From Bacilli bacterium (lineage in GTDB: Bacteria > Bacillota_I > Bacilli_A > RFN20 > CAG-826), in the NCBI GenBank assembly GCA_045113315.1, contig JBGUIX010000015.1, forward strand, positions 8,670 through 72,669: DNA of 64,000 nt, in the 5' to 3' direction. Shown piece after piece: positions 27,298 through 37,660 of this stretch. Under the pieces are notes generated by a model. The model made no database searches, was not told the DNA's origin, and was given only the letters and a program-made list of their open reading frames with translations. Both the position numbers and the translations under genes were made by a program. Positions within the stretch are counted from its first letter, which is position 1. Each line of letters begins with the position of its first letter.

Positions 27298-29082
27298 TTA
27301 ATTGATATCACCACTTGGTGGTAGTGCTTCATTAACAACTGTTTCAACACCTTTATATGAGGTGTTATATAAGGCCATAGAATCAAATTCACCAGTGTAG
27401 GAGTAAGTACCATTATTGGGGATATAGATACTTATATCTCCGTTAGCGAGTTTTTCCGCGCATAAGGTATCACTTACCATCGTTTTATCTTTATAGGTGA
27501 AGATATCTTTCTTTAGATGATGTTCATATAGAGTGAATGAAGTAGGATTAGAGATTTTAATAATTTGATAATTACCATCATTTAGTTTGACAGCTTTTTT
27601 GCCGTAGAATCTACTGTCCGCGCTTTTTAAGAAGGTATAACATAATTCCATCGTATGAGCGATGATAATACCTAACATGTTATCGCGATTAAATAATTGT
27701 AAAGCGAGGTCTTTTCTCGTTTTAAAGGATTGAACGAATAAGACTAATAAAGGCATATTGCTATTCACTAGTTCACTAATCGCCTCTTTGTTATTTTCGT
27801 TATAACCCATGATTTGATAAATCAAAAATCTCATGTCGTTATAAAAACCAGTCGCATTATCTTGTAAGATTTCTAATATGAGGTTTCTAACATATGTATA
27901 TGTTGAAAAGACATCGATAATATTACTTGGATCGATAATCTTATCACCGATTTCTGAATTTAAACCATTCATCGCTTTAAAGACTTCTACTAAACCGTTT
28001 TGTACAAGACTTGCGTAAGTAGGACGATCTTGCATAGCTTTCGCTAATTCTTGAATAAAGGTTCTAAAGAATCTAGATAAAGATGGATGAAGTGTTTCTC
28101 TTGGTAAATTAAATTTATCACCATATTCTTGACCTGGATCAAAGAACTTCCAGTTATCGATGCTATATTCCATAAAGTCATGAGCGCCTTTGGTGAAGTG
28201 ATAATTACTGACGATTTTATATCTTTCAGTCGCATCGAAATAAATATCAGTTAAACGATCTGGATAATAATAATCCTGTCCATAATGTTTAAAGCCCCAT
28301 TCATATGGTGCAAGCATTGGGACCACATCGTTCATATTAATGACATTATGAATACAGCTATATAGATGATCACGAGCCACTTCATCAGAGACTAAAGCTC
28401 CAGCAGGTGGTTCAAAGCAATAGGCATAGATATCATTACTTGTGGTTTTAACACCCTCGACGAATTTATCTCTCACGATATCATCGAGAATCTTCGCGCT
28501 AGTCATATTCGCGGTTATCGCTCCACGAGAGAAACCGTTTATCCATAGTTTAGTGCGGCCAACGATCTTATGATCAGTTAAATATTTATAGATACCTTCT
28601 TTAACTTCGTAACTAGCGTTATCAAATCCTTCGGCATCACCTTCACTTCCTAAGGTGACGTTACTTGCCCATTCCGCTTCATATTCTCCGCTTCTAACGG
28701 AGATAGCGATGAGATTAAATTCTTCATCTTTTATTTCTACATGTTTATTACTAATTCCATAACCAATAGAGGTCGTGGTGGGTTTATTAATAAAGGCATC
28801 ATTAATATAGAAATCTTTAAAGCCTTCTTTCTTCCATAGATCTAATAAGTTATTAGCTTTCTTGTTATAATCAGTTCCACCTCTAATTGTACTAATGGCA
28901 TTAGCGATACTCACTAACGCTAGTTCTTGATGATAAACGTTATTATCAAGTAAAAAGTATGAGTCATCATAACTAGTTTCTAGTTCATGCTCCATAGTCT
29001 TAAAAGTAATCGAGGAAGATTTGGAACAACTACTTAGTAGTAAAATTGGTAAAAAAAGTAAAATAATTGCTTTAGTTTTCAC
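27298..29082 (-). CDS. Lipoprotein, alpha/beta-hydrolase (lipase class 3-like)
   Basis: Lipobox LLLSSC after a GTG start at 29082; WINGFSRGA nucleophile elbow; AYCFEPP, DVVP. Confidence 0.75.
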   Translation of the reverse strand: MKTKAIILLFLPILLLSSCSKSSSITFKTMEHELETSYDDSYFLLDNNVYHQELALVSIANAISTIRGGTDYNKKANNLLDLWKKEGFKDFYINDAFINKPTTTSIGYGISNKHVEIKDEEFNLIAISVRSGEYEAEWASNVTLGSEGDAEGFDNASYEVKEGIYKYLTDHKIVGRTKLWINGFSRGAITANMTSAKILDDIVRDKFVEGVKTTSNDIYAYCFEPPAGALVSDEVARDHLYSCIHNVINMNDVVPMLAPYEWGFKHYGQDYYYPDRLTDIYFDATERYKIVSNYHFTKGAHDFMEYSIDNWKFFDPGQEYGDKFNLPRETLHPSLSRFFRTFIQELAKAMQDRPTYASLVQNGLVEVFKAMNGLNSEIGDKIIDPSNIIDVFSTYTYVRNLILEILQDNATGFYNDMRFLIYQIMGYNENNKEAISELVNSNMPLLVLFVQSFKTRKDLALQLFNRDNMLGIIIAHTMELCYTFLKSADSRFYGKKAVKLNDGNYQIIKISNPTSFTLYEHHLKKDIFTYKDKTMVSDTLCAEKLANGDISIYIPNNGTYSYTGEFDSMALYNTSYKGVETVVNEALPPSGDIN

Positions 29083-29103
29083 GCCGGAATTATACAATAA
29101 TTT

Positions 29104-31068
29104 ATGATGCAAATCTATCATTACAACCAACAGCTAGTGAAATTAAGACAAGATAAAGGTTTATCTTTAAAAGATGCCGCAAAAGGGATTGGAATCTCTT
29201 ATTTATCTTTGTATTTATTTGAGATGGGTTATATCCATCCTAGTAAAAAGAGATTAGCAAAAATTGAAAAATTTTATGACTATAAATTTAATTTAACAGG
29301 TGATAGAGATTATCCTGGTCCCATCTTAGTTAAACCGAAAAAAGAACAACATCACCAAAAGAAGAAACGTTTATTAACTTCTATTATCCTCATTGTGGTT
29401 TCTCTCTTTGGGATGTTTATCGGTTCATCTTTTATGACTAACTCGACTTCTAGTAGTACATCTAGATATGGAAAAACGTATATCGCTTTAAGAGAAGCGG
29501 CGTTTGAAAGAGGGAAAAGCGGAAGAGATATCATCACTGACGCGGAATATTATTATTTAGGTCATGTCGATGGATCAGAAGAAGTATCGATATCCTTTTA
29601 TAAAACAGAAAATATTTTATATTTTAATGAATGCAATTATTCCGTCAGTAAAGGGATGGTGGATTTTCCAGAATTAGGTATCGCTAGATTCCACTGCAAA
29701 TTCGGTGGTTCTTTAGCGGATAGTTCCTATCGTTGTTTCTTTGATTTAGGTAGTAGTAAAACAAATGATTTCTTCTCCTTTAGTGCGATATATAAAGGCG
29801 ATAAAACCTTTGGTAAAGTCGAAAACTTACAAAGAATTATTAAAGGTGACTTAGAACTAAATGATGAATATATTCATGCGATATTTAAAAATGCGATGGC
29901 GGAAGCTATTTATTATCTAGATAATTTAGTTTCTGAAACATTATCAACACCCGTGGATTTTTATCAAGATTTCTTAAGGGATCGTGAACAGGGTAGAAAA
30001 GTTAACTTTGCGATGCAAATGGGAGGATTAGTTTCCTTATTCCCATCGATTATTACTTTCTTTATCGGTCTATCTATCGGGGCCTTTACGATTGCGGCAA
30101 GTAGAAAGAGATATCTTATGCCTTTACAAAAAGATGGCTTTGAAGGTATAGAAAAAGATAATAATTTACCAAAAGATATTCATCTTCCTTTTGTGATACC
30201 GGATAATTTCTTCTTATTAGCGGCGAGTGTCATTAAATATTTAGCCTTAATTTTATTAATTATTTCCTTCTTCGGTAATTTTGAAATCTCTTTCCCCTCC
30301 TTTTTCACTAGTCAAGTTTCTTTAACTACTTTTAGAAATCTATTTATCGGTTCGATATTCTTAGAACAATTTGTGATGATTTCCTCAATTAGGAAAGAGA
30401 AGACTCTTTTCTATCAAATTATATTTAATTCTTTAGTCTATTTATTTATCGCTAGTATGGAAACAGCGATCGTGGGTGTTTCTCAAGCTTGGGGTTATAG
30501 CTTTGGTGACTTCTTATATAACTATATCCCAGGTGGTGCTTATCAGATATTAGTCTTAAATTATTTAATTTATTTCTTCATGTTCTTCAAACCTAATTTT
30601 GTGAAAGGCAAAGGTATTATTGTTTGGAGATTATTATCTTTATTACCTTTAGGCCTATTAGTGGCCTCAATCATGATTAGTAATAGTTATGATTTAGTCT
30701 ATGGCGTGCCTAAAAACATCTATTTGAAGTTCTGGTTCCCAGATTCTTTATCCACAGTCGCTTTTGTGGGTGTGGCATTTATCTATATCTCATTCTTACT
30801 TAGATACTTATTAAAGAAGAGATTTTCTAGTGGACCATCCTTAAGATATATCTTCTCTAACCGTTATATGATGATCTCTAATTCGATATACATCTTATTA
30901 ATTGTCATTATCGTTTTAATGGACGTCTTATTCTTTAAGAATGAATACGCTTATTATTTCGGATTTAGAAATAATTATTGGTTATTAACTTTAATCCCAT
31001 TTGTCTTCTTCTTAAAGTGTTCCCCAAGTACGATTGAGATGATCGAAAAAGAGGTCACTCTCGACTAA
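29104..31068 (+). CDS. XRE-HTH protein with multi-TM C-terminal region
   Basis: LRQDKGLSLKDAAKGIGIS...FEMG..PS HTH; about 10 hydrophobic segments. Confidence 0.75.
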   Translation: MMQIYHYNQQLVKLRQDKGLSLKDAAKGIGISYLSLYLFEMGYIHPSKKRLAKIEKFYDYKFNLTGDRDYPGPILVKPKKEQHHQKKKRLLTSIILIVVSLFGMFIGSSFMTNSTSSSTSRYGKTYIALREAAFERGKSGRDIITDAEYYYLGHVDGSEEVSISFYKTENILYFNECNYSVSKGMVDFPELGIARFHCKFGGSLADSSYRCFFDLGSSKTNDFFSFSAIYKGDKTFGKVENLQRIIKGDLELNDEYIHAIFKNAMAEAIYYLDNLVSETLSTPVDFYQDFLRDREQGRKVNFAMQMGGLVSLFPSIITFFIGLSIGAFTIAASRKRYLMPLQKDGFEGIEKDNNLPKDIHLPFVIPDNFFLLAASVIKYLALILLIISFFGNFEISFPSFFTSQVSLTTFRNLFIGSIFLEQFVMISSIRKEKTLFYQIIFNSLVYLFIASMETAIVGVSQAWGYSFGDFLYNYIPGGAYQILVLNYLIYFFMFFKPNFVKGKGIIVWRLLSLLPLGLLVASIMISNSYDLVYGVPKNIYLKFWFPDSLSTVAFVGVAFIYISFLLRYLLKKRFSSGPSLRYIFSNRYMMISNSIYILLIVIIVLMDVLFFKNEYAYYFGFRNNYWLLTLIPFVFFLKCSPSTIEMIEKEVTLD

Positions 31069-31069
31069 T

Positions 31070-31972
31070 ATGGAATATATTTTATTTGCCTTTTTAGCGT
31101 TATTATTTTCTTCTGGCAATACGATATTTAACCGTTTAGGTAGTAACCATGCCTCCGCGTTAATAAATGCGACGATCAAATCTTTTTATATTATCTTTGC
31201 CTGCTTTATCATGGTCGTGGCTCACGGCTATTTAGAAAACCTCTATTCTTTAACACTAGAAAAGTGGTTATGGATTATCCTCATGGGAGTGTTAACCTCG
31301 ATTGACTGGTTTTTCTATTTTTTAGCCATTAAGGACGCTCATTTAGAGGCTTTCGCTCCATTAACCACTTCCTCTATTTTATTTCTCTCAAATAGCCTAT
31401 TTTTAATATTTACCTTTAATATGGTCACTAATGGGGGTAAGTCGTTAAATATTATCTTCTATATCATTGGTTTATTAGCTTTATTAGGAGCGATGCTATT
31501 TATCGTCTTTAATAAGAAGATTAATCCGAACGCTAAATGGAAATGGGTGATTTATACATTTGTTTCTGTTTTAGCTTTTGCTTTTGTTTTATTAATCGCC
31601 AAAACAAAATTAAGTGACATCGATAGTAGTATTATCTCTTTCCATCAGATGAGTATCGTATTTGTTACGATGTTTATCACCTCTTTATTTACTAAAAAGA
31701 TTAAAGAAGTGGTGACGATTAGAAAAATCGATCATCTATATATCTTTATCGGAGCGGTTTTTAACGCTTTTATGATTATGGCGAGATATCAAGCTTTTTC
31801 TTACGAAAACGCTGTTCCGGCGATAGTCAATGTTATTGTGGGTTTAGACTTCGTGATTGTTTCTATCGCCACGATTATATTCTTTAAAGCCAAAAATAAA
31901 TTGCCATTAACTATAGTTATTATCCTTGTCGTGGCGGGTATGATATTTGATACTTTAGCGGGTTTAATTTAA
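31070..31972 (+). CDS. EamA/DMT family transporter
   Basis: Two repeats of 5 TM; WFFYFLAIK...APL. Confidence 0.75.
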   Translation: MEYILFAFLALLFSSGNTIFNRLGSNHASALINATIKSFYIIFACFIMVVAHGYLENLYSLTLEKWLWIILMGVLTSIDWFFYFLAIKDAHLEAFAPLTTSSILFLSNSLFLIFTFNMVTNGGKSLNIIFYIIGLLALLGAMLFIVFNKKINPNAKWKWVIYTFVSVLAFAFVLLIAKTKLSDIDSSIISFHQMSIVFVTMFITSLFTKKIKEVVTIRKIDHLYIFIGAVFNAFMIMARYQAFSYENAVPAIVNVIVGLDFVIVSIATIIFFKAKNKLPLTIVIILVVAGMIFDTLAGLI

Positions 31973-31992
31973 TACTTTTGAGAAGGCACTTA

Positions 31993-32021
31993 TTGACAAA
32001 ATGCCGTCCGAAAACTATGAT
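31993..32021 (+). promoter_or_regulatory. Promoter of a probably leaderless abiEi-like gene
   Basis: TTGACA-17-TATGAT, ATG 6 nt downstream. Confidence 0.7.
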
Positions 32022-32027
32022 TAAGGT

Positions 32028-32579
32028 ATGATCTATACCTACGAAGAAATAAAAAAAATATTTGGTAATTACAGCCACGTTCAAAAGCAAATAAAAGATA
32101 AAAAACTTTTTAAGGTGTCTCATGGGTTATACACAAATGAATCGCCTCATTTGATTGAACTAGAAACTATTTTTGCGACTTATCCTAACGCTATATTATC
32201 TTTAGAAAGCGCTTTTGCTTACTATGAATTATCTGATTATGTTCCGAATGTATATACAATTTGTACATCACGTAAAGCACATAAAATTAAAAATGATAAA
32301 GTTAAACAAATCTATGTAAGCGACGATTTTTTAAATATCGGGAAGACAGTAATTAAAACCAAGGACGGACAGATTAACATATACGACAAGGAAAGGCTTC
32401 TTATTGAACTCATAAGGTTTAAAAAAAGATTCTCGCTTGATTATTACAAACAGGTAGTGAATGCTTACCGTGAGCTTTATAAAAATGATGAGTTGAATAT
32501 ACAAAAAATTGTCCTATATTGCAAAGCAATTAGATGGGGACAAGAAATAAGAAGACAAATTATAGAGGTTGTATTGTGA
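32028..32579 (+). CDS. Type IV TA AbiEi-like antitoxin (orphan)
   Basis: LFKVSHGLY, ILSLESAFAYYELSD..P, IYDKERLLIELIR. Confidence 0.8.
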   Translation: MIYTYEEIKKIFGNYSHVQKQIKDKKLFKVSHGLYTNESPHLIELETIFATYPNAILSLESAFAYYELSDYVPNVYTICTSRKAHKIKNDKVKQIYVSDDFLNIGKTVIKTKDGQINIYDKERLLIELIRFKKRFSLDYYKQVVNAYRELYKNDELNIQKIVLYCKAIRWGQEIRRQIIEVVL

Positions 32580-32591
32580 AAACTACTATTG

Positions 32592-33248
32592 TCACACACC
32601 AAGTAAATATAAGTTGATATCAAATAATAATTTAGAGGTATCTTTAGATATCTCTTTTATACTATATTGACCTTGTTCGTCATAATTAGCTTTATATAAA
32701 GAATACATTTTTTCACCTTTAAATGAAGTGAATGATATTTTATATTCACCCACGAAGTTTTTAGATAACGCTACCTTATTAGTGGCGGATAAATACGCTG
32801 ATGGGATATTGATATCTTTATCATTAGATAAATTCTCTTGACCAACAGTGATGTCATAACTAGATATAGAAGGAACATTATCTTTAAATAAATCTAATAA
32901 TAAATCATTACTAACTTCATTAACATGAACATCGATGTAATAAACTTTTTCATTATTTATGCCAGTGATATATAAATCATGATCAAGATAATTAATCGTG
33001 ACAATCGAGGAGATATTAGAAAAGGATAAATTATCTAATTTGTTATTGATATAAGTAAATAGATGATCATATCTATCTTTACTTCTTTCGTCGATAACAT
33101 AAGAAGTTTCTTCATTTGAACTAGAAGAAGTCTTTTTACTTTTATTTAAGAACTTCGGTAAGAAGATGATAAAAAGGATGATATCAATGATTAAAAATAC
33201 ACCGACACCGATCGAGATATACAATCTTTTCTTCTTATCACTTACCAT
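32592..33248 (-). CDS. Membrane-anchored hypothetical protein
   Basis: Single N-terminal TM followed by a Ser-rich linker. Confidence 0.65.
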   Translation of the reverse strand: MVSDKKKRLYISIGVGVFLIIDIILFIIFLPKFLNKSKKTSSSSNEETSYVIDERSKDRYDHLFTYINNKLDNLSFSNISSIVTINYLDHDLYITGINNEKVYYIDVHVNEVSNDLLLDLFKDNVPSISSYDITVGQENLSNDKDINIPSAYLSATNKVALSKNFVGEYKISFTSFKGEKMYSLYKANYDEQGQYSIKEISKDTSKLLFDINLYLLGV

Positions 33249-33310
33249 TCCTTATTTATTGTGTATCAGTTTGCTATTTATGTCATCTTTTTAGATATTT
33301 CAAAAATTTT

Positions 33311-33346
33311 TAATTGCATAAAAATCGCGAAAAATATGCAATTAAA
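33311..33346. repeat. 36-bp palindromic repeat, left copy
   Basis: TAATTGCATA-aaaatcgcgaaaaa-TATGCAATTA-aa; 34/36 identical to 34421-34456. Confidence 0.85.
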
Positions 33347-33382
33347 CTTGCTCGGGAATCAAAGATATATTAATATATATTC

Positions 33383-34423
33383 ATGAAATTCATAAATCTC
33401 AAAGAACAAGTTAGCAAATTAACTAGCCCTCGTATCTTAAATATGCTTCAATCTTTAGAAGTCAATCGTGGGAGAACTTTTAATTTACCGAAAAAGATAA
33501 AAGTAAATCGTCTCCACGATATCAATAAAAGAAGAAGTGTCACCAGCAGTAATGAAATTGAAGGGATAAGAATTTCCACTAAAAGGGAAGAGGATATTCT
33601 ATTAAATAATTTAGAGCCAGAGACTAGAGAAGAGTTTCTTTTGTTTGGTTATAGCAAAGCTCTAGAAAATGTTTTTAATGTTTATAAATATCAATCCTTA
33701 AATGAATCTTACATTAAAGATTTACATTATTTCTTATACGAATCATTAACTCCAGAATTTGGAGGGAAATATAAAGTCGAACAAAATTATATTCGCGAAT
33801 ATGATAAAGACGGTAACCTTTTAAGAACAGTATTTATACCTTCTAAGCCGGAAGATGTTGATTCATTAATGGGGAATTTGGTTTATCAGTTTAATGAGTG
33901 CATTAGCGATCCAAACTGCAATATTTTATTAACGATTTTTACTTTTATATTAGATTTCTTATGTATCCATCCATTCTTTGATGGAAATGGGAGAGTATCT
34001 CGTTTGTTAACCACATTTTTACTTTTAAAATACGGCTATGATCTAGATTATTATTATCCACTTTCATATATTATCTTAAATAATATCGATGATTATTATC
34101 GCGCTTTAGAAAAGTCGTCTATTGGTTGGCATGAAAGCAAAAATAATTATGAATATTTTGTTTTCTTTATGCTTAGATGTCTAAGAGACGGATATCAAAA
34201 ATTGGCCTATATTATAGAAATCAATTCCTCATCCGGCTTAAATGAAGAAAAAGTGCTGCGCATTATTAATGATTCTAAAAGCCCTATCACAAAAGCGGAG
34301 ATTGAAGAAATCTTAGTTAATTCCTCAAGAACAACTATTGAAAAAAGCCTTTCTGTATTATCTAAACAAAGCAAAATACAAATCATTCAAAAAGGAAAAT
34401 ACGCTAAATATTACAAAATCTAA
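33383..34423 (+). CDS. Fic family protein with C-terminal wHTH
   Basis: SSNEIEG inhibitory-type motif, IHPFFDGNGRVSR catalytic motif, C-terminal HTH. Confidence 0.9.
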   Translation: MKFINLKEQVSKLTSPRILNMLQSLEVNRGRTFNLPKKIKVNRLHDINKRRSVTSSNEIEGIRISTKREEDILLNNLEPETREEFLLFGYSKALENVFNVYKYQSLNESYIKDLHYFLYESLTPEFGGKYKVEQNYIREYDKDGNLLRTVFIPSKPEDVDSLMGNLVYQFNECISDPNCNILLTIFTFILDFLCIHPFFDGNGRVSRLLTTFLLLKYGYDLDYYYPLSYIILNNIDDYYRALEKSSIGWHESKNNYEYFVFFMLRCLRDGYQKLAYIIEINSSSGLNEEKVLRIINDSKSPITKAEIEEILVNSSRTTIEKSLSVLSKQSKIQIIQKGKYAKYYKI

Positions 34424-34456
34424 TTGCATAAAATTCGCCAAAAATATGCAATTAAA
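34421..34456. repeat. 36-bp palindromic repeat, right copy (begins with the fic stop codon)
   Basis: TAATTGCATA-aaattcgccaaaaa-TATGCAATTA-aa. Confidence 0.85.
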
Positions 34457-34537
34457 ATCATAAAGAAATTCTCTCATATATAATATGATTGAAACGCCTC
34501 TAGTTTCTTTTTAGAATATATTTAGAAGGTGTTATTT

Positions 34538-36542
34538 ATGAAAAAGAAATTATTATTCCCTGTCTTTTTGTTAATGGGTTCGTTGCTTTTGTCTGGATGT
34601 ATAACTACGAAAAAAGCTAGTCAAAGCGAGGAAGATACATCAAATACTTCACAAGAAACAACTAGCGAAGATCAAGATCAACCAGAGCCAGGCGATGTTT
34701 ATATCACTGTTCCATATAACAATAGTGGCACACTTCGCTTAAGAGCCCATAACTGTGTGGTGGAAAATAACTCTGTCGTCATTAAAGCGGGACAGTATGG
34801 TTACTTTGTAAACGCTGATCCAGTTGATAATGGTTTTAGCCTCATTGAATCTCGCTTGGTTAATTCTAACTATTTCACCGTTGAAACCGCGGTATTCTGC
34901 TCTTATAATCGTTTAACTTTAGACAAAATTAAAACCGGTTACTATCAAGATTTAATAATGATGGCTAATCGCTTTTCTGGAGATGATACTTTAAGTGCCT
35001 TAACTCCTGCTTCTTGCCCTCAAATGGCGGAATCTCGTTATTTCCTTTCTCTTTTATACGCTGCTGATAAAGATGTATTAAATTACTGACGTTAGAATCT
35101 GTTCAGGTGGTACACCTGTGGCGAAAAAAGATCCAGCGATACAATTTACTGATTTCACCGCAAGTGAAAAAGCTTTGATTAATGAATGCTTTGGTATGGA
35201 TATACCTTTCTTCGGCACTAGAGCTTTTAGAATGGAACAAGAAACTGTTAGTGAGATGAAAACATTAATGTTCCAAGGTATGTTCTTACCCACTAATTAT
35301 CTTAATAATTTCACCTCTAATGGTTTTGAATTAGTGCAGGATATGGGAAGTTCAGTTTATCAAAAAGTAGTGGAAGATAAAGTCTATACCATTACTTTTG
35401 CTTCAACAGGTTCACCTTTAAATTATTATCAACTTGTATTTACTAAAGATTATCCATCTCTTAAACCAGGTGAATGGCCATCAAGTACTATTAATCAATA
35501 TCTAAGTACTGACTTCGCGTCATTTATGAATGATCATCCATTTGATGGAACTGATTATTCTTACACTGGTGTGGGTATGGCGATGTCTGATTTTGATCAC
35601 GCTGTGTCTATTATTCTAAAGAATGATAACAAGGATAGAGCCACTATTATTTCTGATGTCACTACATATTTACAACACCTAAAAGACATCACATCAAATT
35701 ATCAATTTGTTTTAGATGATCCCGTTACTAATCCTGAAACCCATTATTATTATTTGAGACTTCATGATGCTCATGATGAACATAACGTAGCCTTTACGGC
35801 CACAATCGATAGTATAGGAACTAAAATGGTTTATTACTTGACTATTAACCAAAAGATGACGGTCAGTGAATTCCCAGTGGAATATATTAGACAATCATTA
35901 AATTTAGGTGAAAGTTTTGTGATTGATGGATATAACGATCCAGGCGCTAGATACTATGTATCTTATAGTGGTGGTAATTTATTACAGGTCTATATTTATG
36001 ATACAAGTGCGACAAATTATGCCAATAACCTCCAAGCATTAAGAGATAAAGGTTATATTTCCGCGAAACGAGACCTTGAGCCAAATAGTATATATTTCCG
36101 TAAGGCTTTCTTTGATGATTACTGCATCACTGCGAGATTAGTGGAAGATTATTATTGCTTTGATTATTCTTATAACAACTCTTTTGGTGAATTATATGAC
36201 AATATGAGTGATGTCATTGAAAGATATGGCCTAGAAACCATGAGCGAATATGTCTTCCCAGAAATAAGCGGAACACATAAATATATGTATGTCACCGATT
36301 CTTGGGAAATTGAAAAAGGTAAAGTCAAGTTAGCTAGCGGTGCTTATATCTCTGATATGACAGAAACCGAAATCAAAAGTGTTTTTGAAAGTGCTCATTA
36401 TACATATGATAGTGAAAATAAATATTATATAACCGGTACCGAAGTTCATTATGGAGAACAAACTATTTCCCTTGTGATTGAATTAAGTATGTATGACGAG
36501 AATACTGTTTATCTAAATTTCAAAGAAGTATATGGTAATTAA
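34538..36542 (+). pseudogene. Large lipoprotein split by a +1 frameshift at about 35080
   Basis: Lipobox LLLSGC; removing one A from GTATTAAATT gives continuous DKDVLITDVRICSGGTPVAKK into ORF 35118..36542. Confidence 0.6.
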
Positions 36543-36575
36543 AAAATAGAAGCCGTTTGTTCGGCTTCTATTTTT
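36542..36575. terminator. Bidirectional terminator
   Basis: AAAAATAGAAGCCG-tttgtt-CGGCTTCTATTTTT between convergent genes. Confidence 0.8.
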
Positions 36576-37521
36576 CTATATCCTTCTTGTCTTCTTCTAT
36601 TTTATCTTTATCTTTTTTATCATCATCAGTGTGGATGTGTTTATCTTTTGTTTCGTTATAGATATTAACGATAATCGATGTTAATAAAGCCACATAGATA
36701 ACACCATAAACACCTAAGATAATAGATAATATTCTACCGATGACAGAAGTGGTGACTAAATCACCAAAACCGATTGTGGTCACTAAAGTGAAACAATACC
36801 AAATACCATCAAAATAATTATTAAATCCACTTTCTGTTACATAGAAGATAAATGAGAAAGCGATAATTAAGGCTACTAAACCAAAAGTGATTTCAGCAGC
36901 GTATGTTTTTTGAATAACCTTTCTAATGGTTTTAAATTCTATTTTTGAGAAAGCGACAGCGATAATAGAGATCGTGGAGACAACCGCTTCATAGATACCG
37001 ATGATCGCGAAGTTGATATAAAAAGAATTAAAGTCTATCGCAATTAATAAAGATAAGACTAAGGCGACAATGCCAAATAGCACTGTGGAGATATATCTTC
37101 TAATATGTTTAGAAAATATCGCGATTAAGAGTTCTTTAGTAAATGAGACCATAAAGAAAGCGATACCGATAATCGCGGATGAACCTTTCACTTTCATTAA
37201 AGCCATCATTAATATACCTAAAACAATAAAGGTAAATCCGCTATATAAATAGGTATAAGCAATCTTTTTACTATCTTTTATGTGGAACATATAATCAATG
37301 ATGAATAATAAGCCATGACACATTAAAGCAATGCCAAGAAAGATGAAGGAGACGAAAGCCATCTTCTCATCACTGATGTTATAGCCTAAAGATAAGACTA
37401 ATCCACCAGCACCTAAAAGCGCTGAGGCTAAGGCCACTAGTAATAAAAAGATACGATTAACACTCCAAAATAATGGATGTTTATTAATGAATTGTTTTAA
37501 TTTACTAGATCTCTTTTCCAT
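36568..37521 (-). CDS. Potassium channel family protein
   Basis: WYCFTLVTTIGFGD selectivity filter; multiple TMs. Confidence 0.88.
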   Translation of the reverse strand: MEKRSSKLKQFINKHPLFWSVNRIFLLLVALASALLGAGGLVLSLGYNISDEKMAFVSFIFLGIALMCHGLLFIIDYMFHIKDSKKIAYTYLYSGFTFIVLGILMMALMKVKGSSAIIGIAFFMVSFTKELLIAIFSKHIRRYISTVLFGIVALVLSLLIAIDFNSFYINFAIIGIYEAVVSTISIIAVAFSKIEFKTIRKVIQKTYAAEITFGLVALIIAFSFIFYVTESGFNNYFDGIWYCFTLVTTIGFGDLVTTSVIGRILSIILGVYGVIYVALLTSIIVNIYNETKDKHIHTDDDKKDKDKIEEDKKDIEK

Positions 37522-37660
37522 AAATAACGAATATATTATATAAAAAAATTACTTTTTCTCATTAATTATTGGAACAAAAAGAAAATGAGGCACAAGAAAT
37601 GTTTATTGTTATATATAAACATATTAAAATATAAGAGAATTGTAAGTAAGGTAAATAAGT

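Noticed and set aside
35087-35089. TGA read-through or genetic code 4
   Set aside because: The downstream ORF is in a different frame; Trp is TGG throughout and TGA ends several well-formed genes
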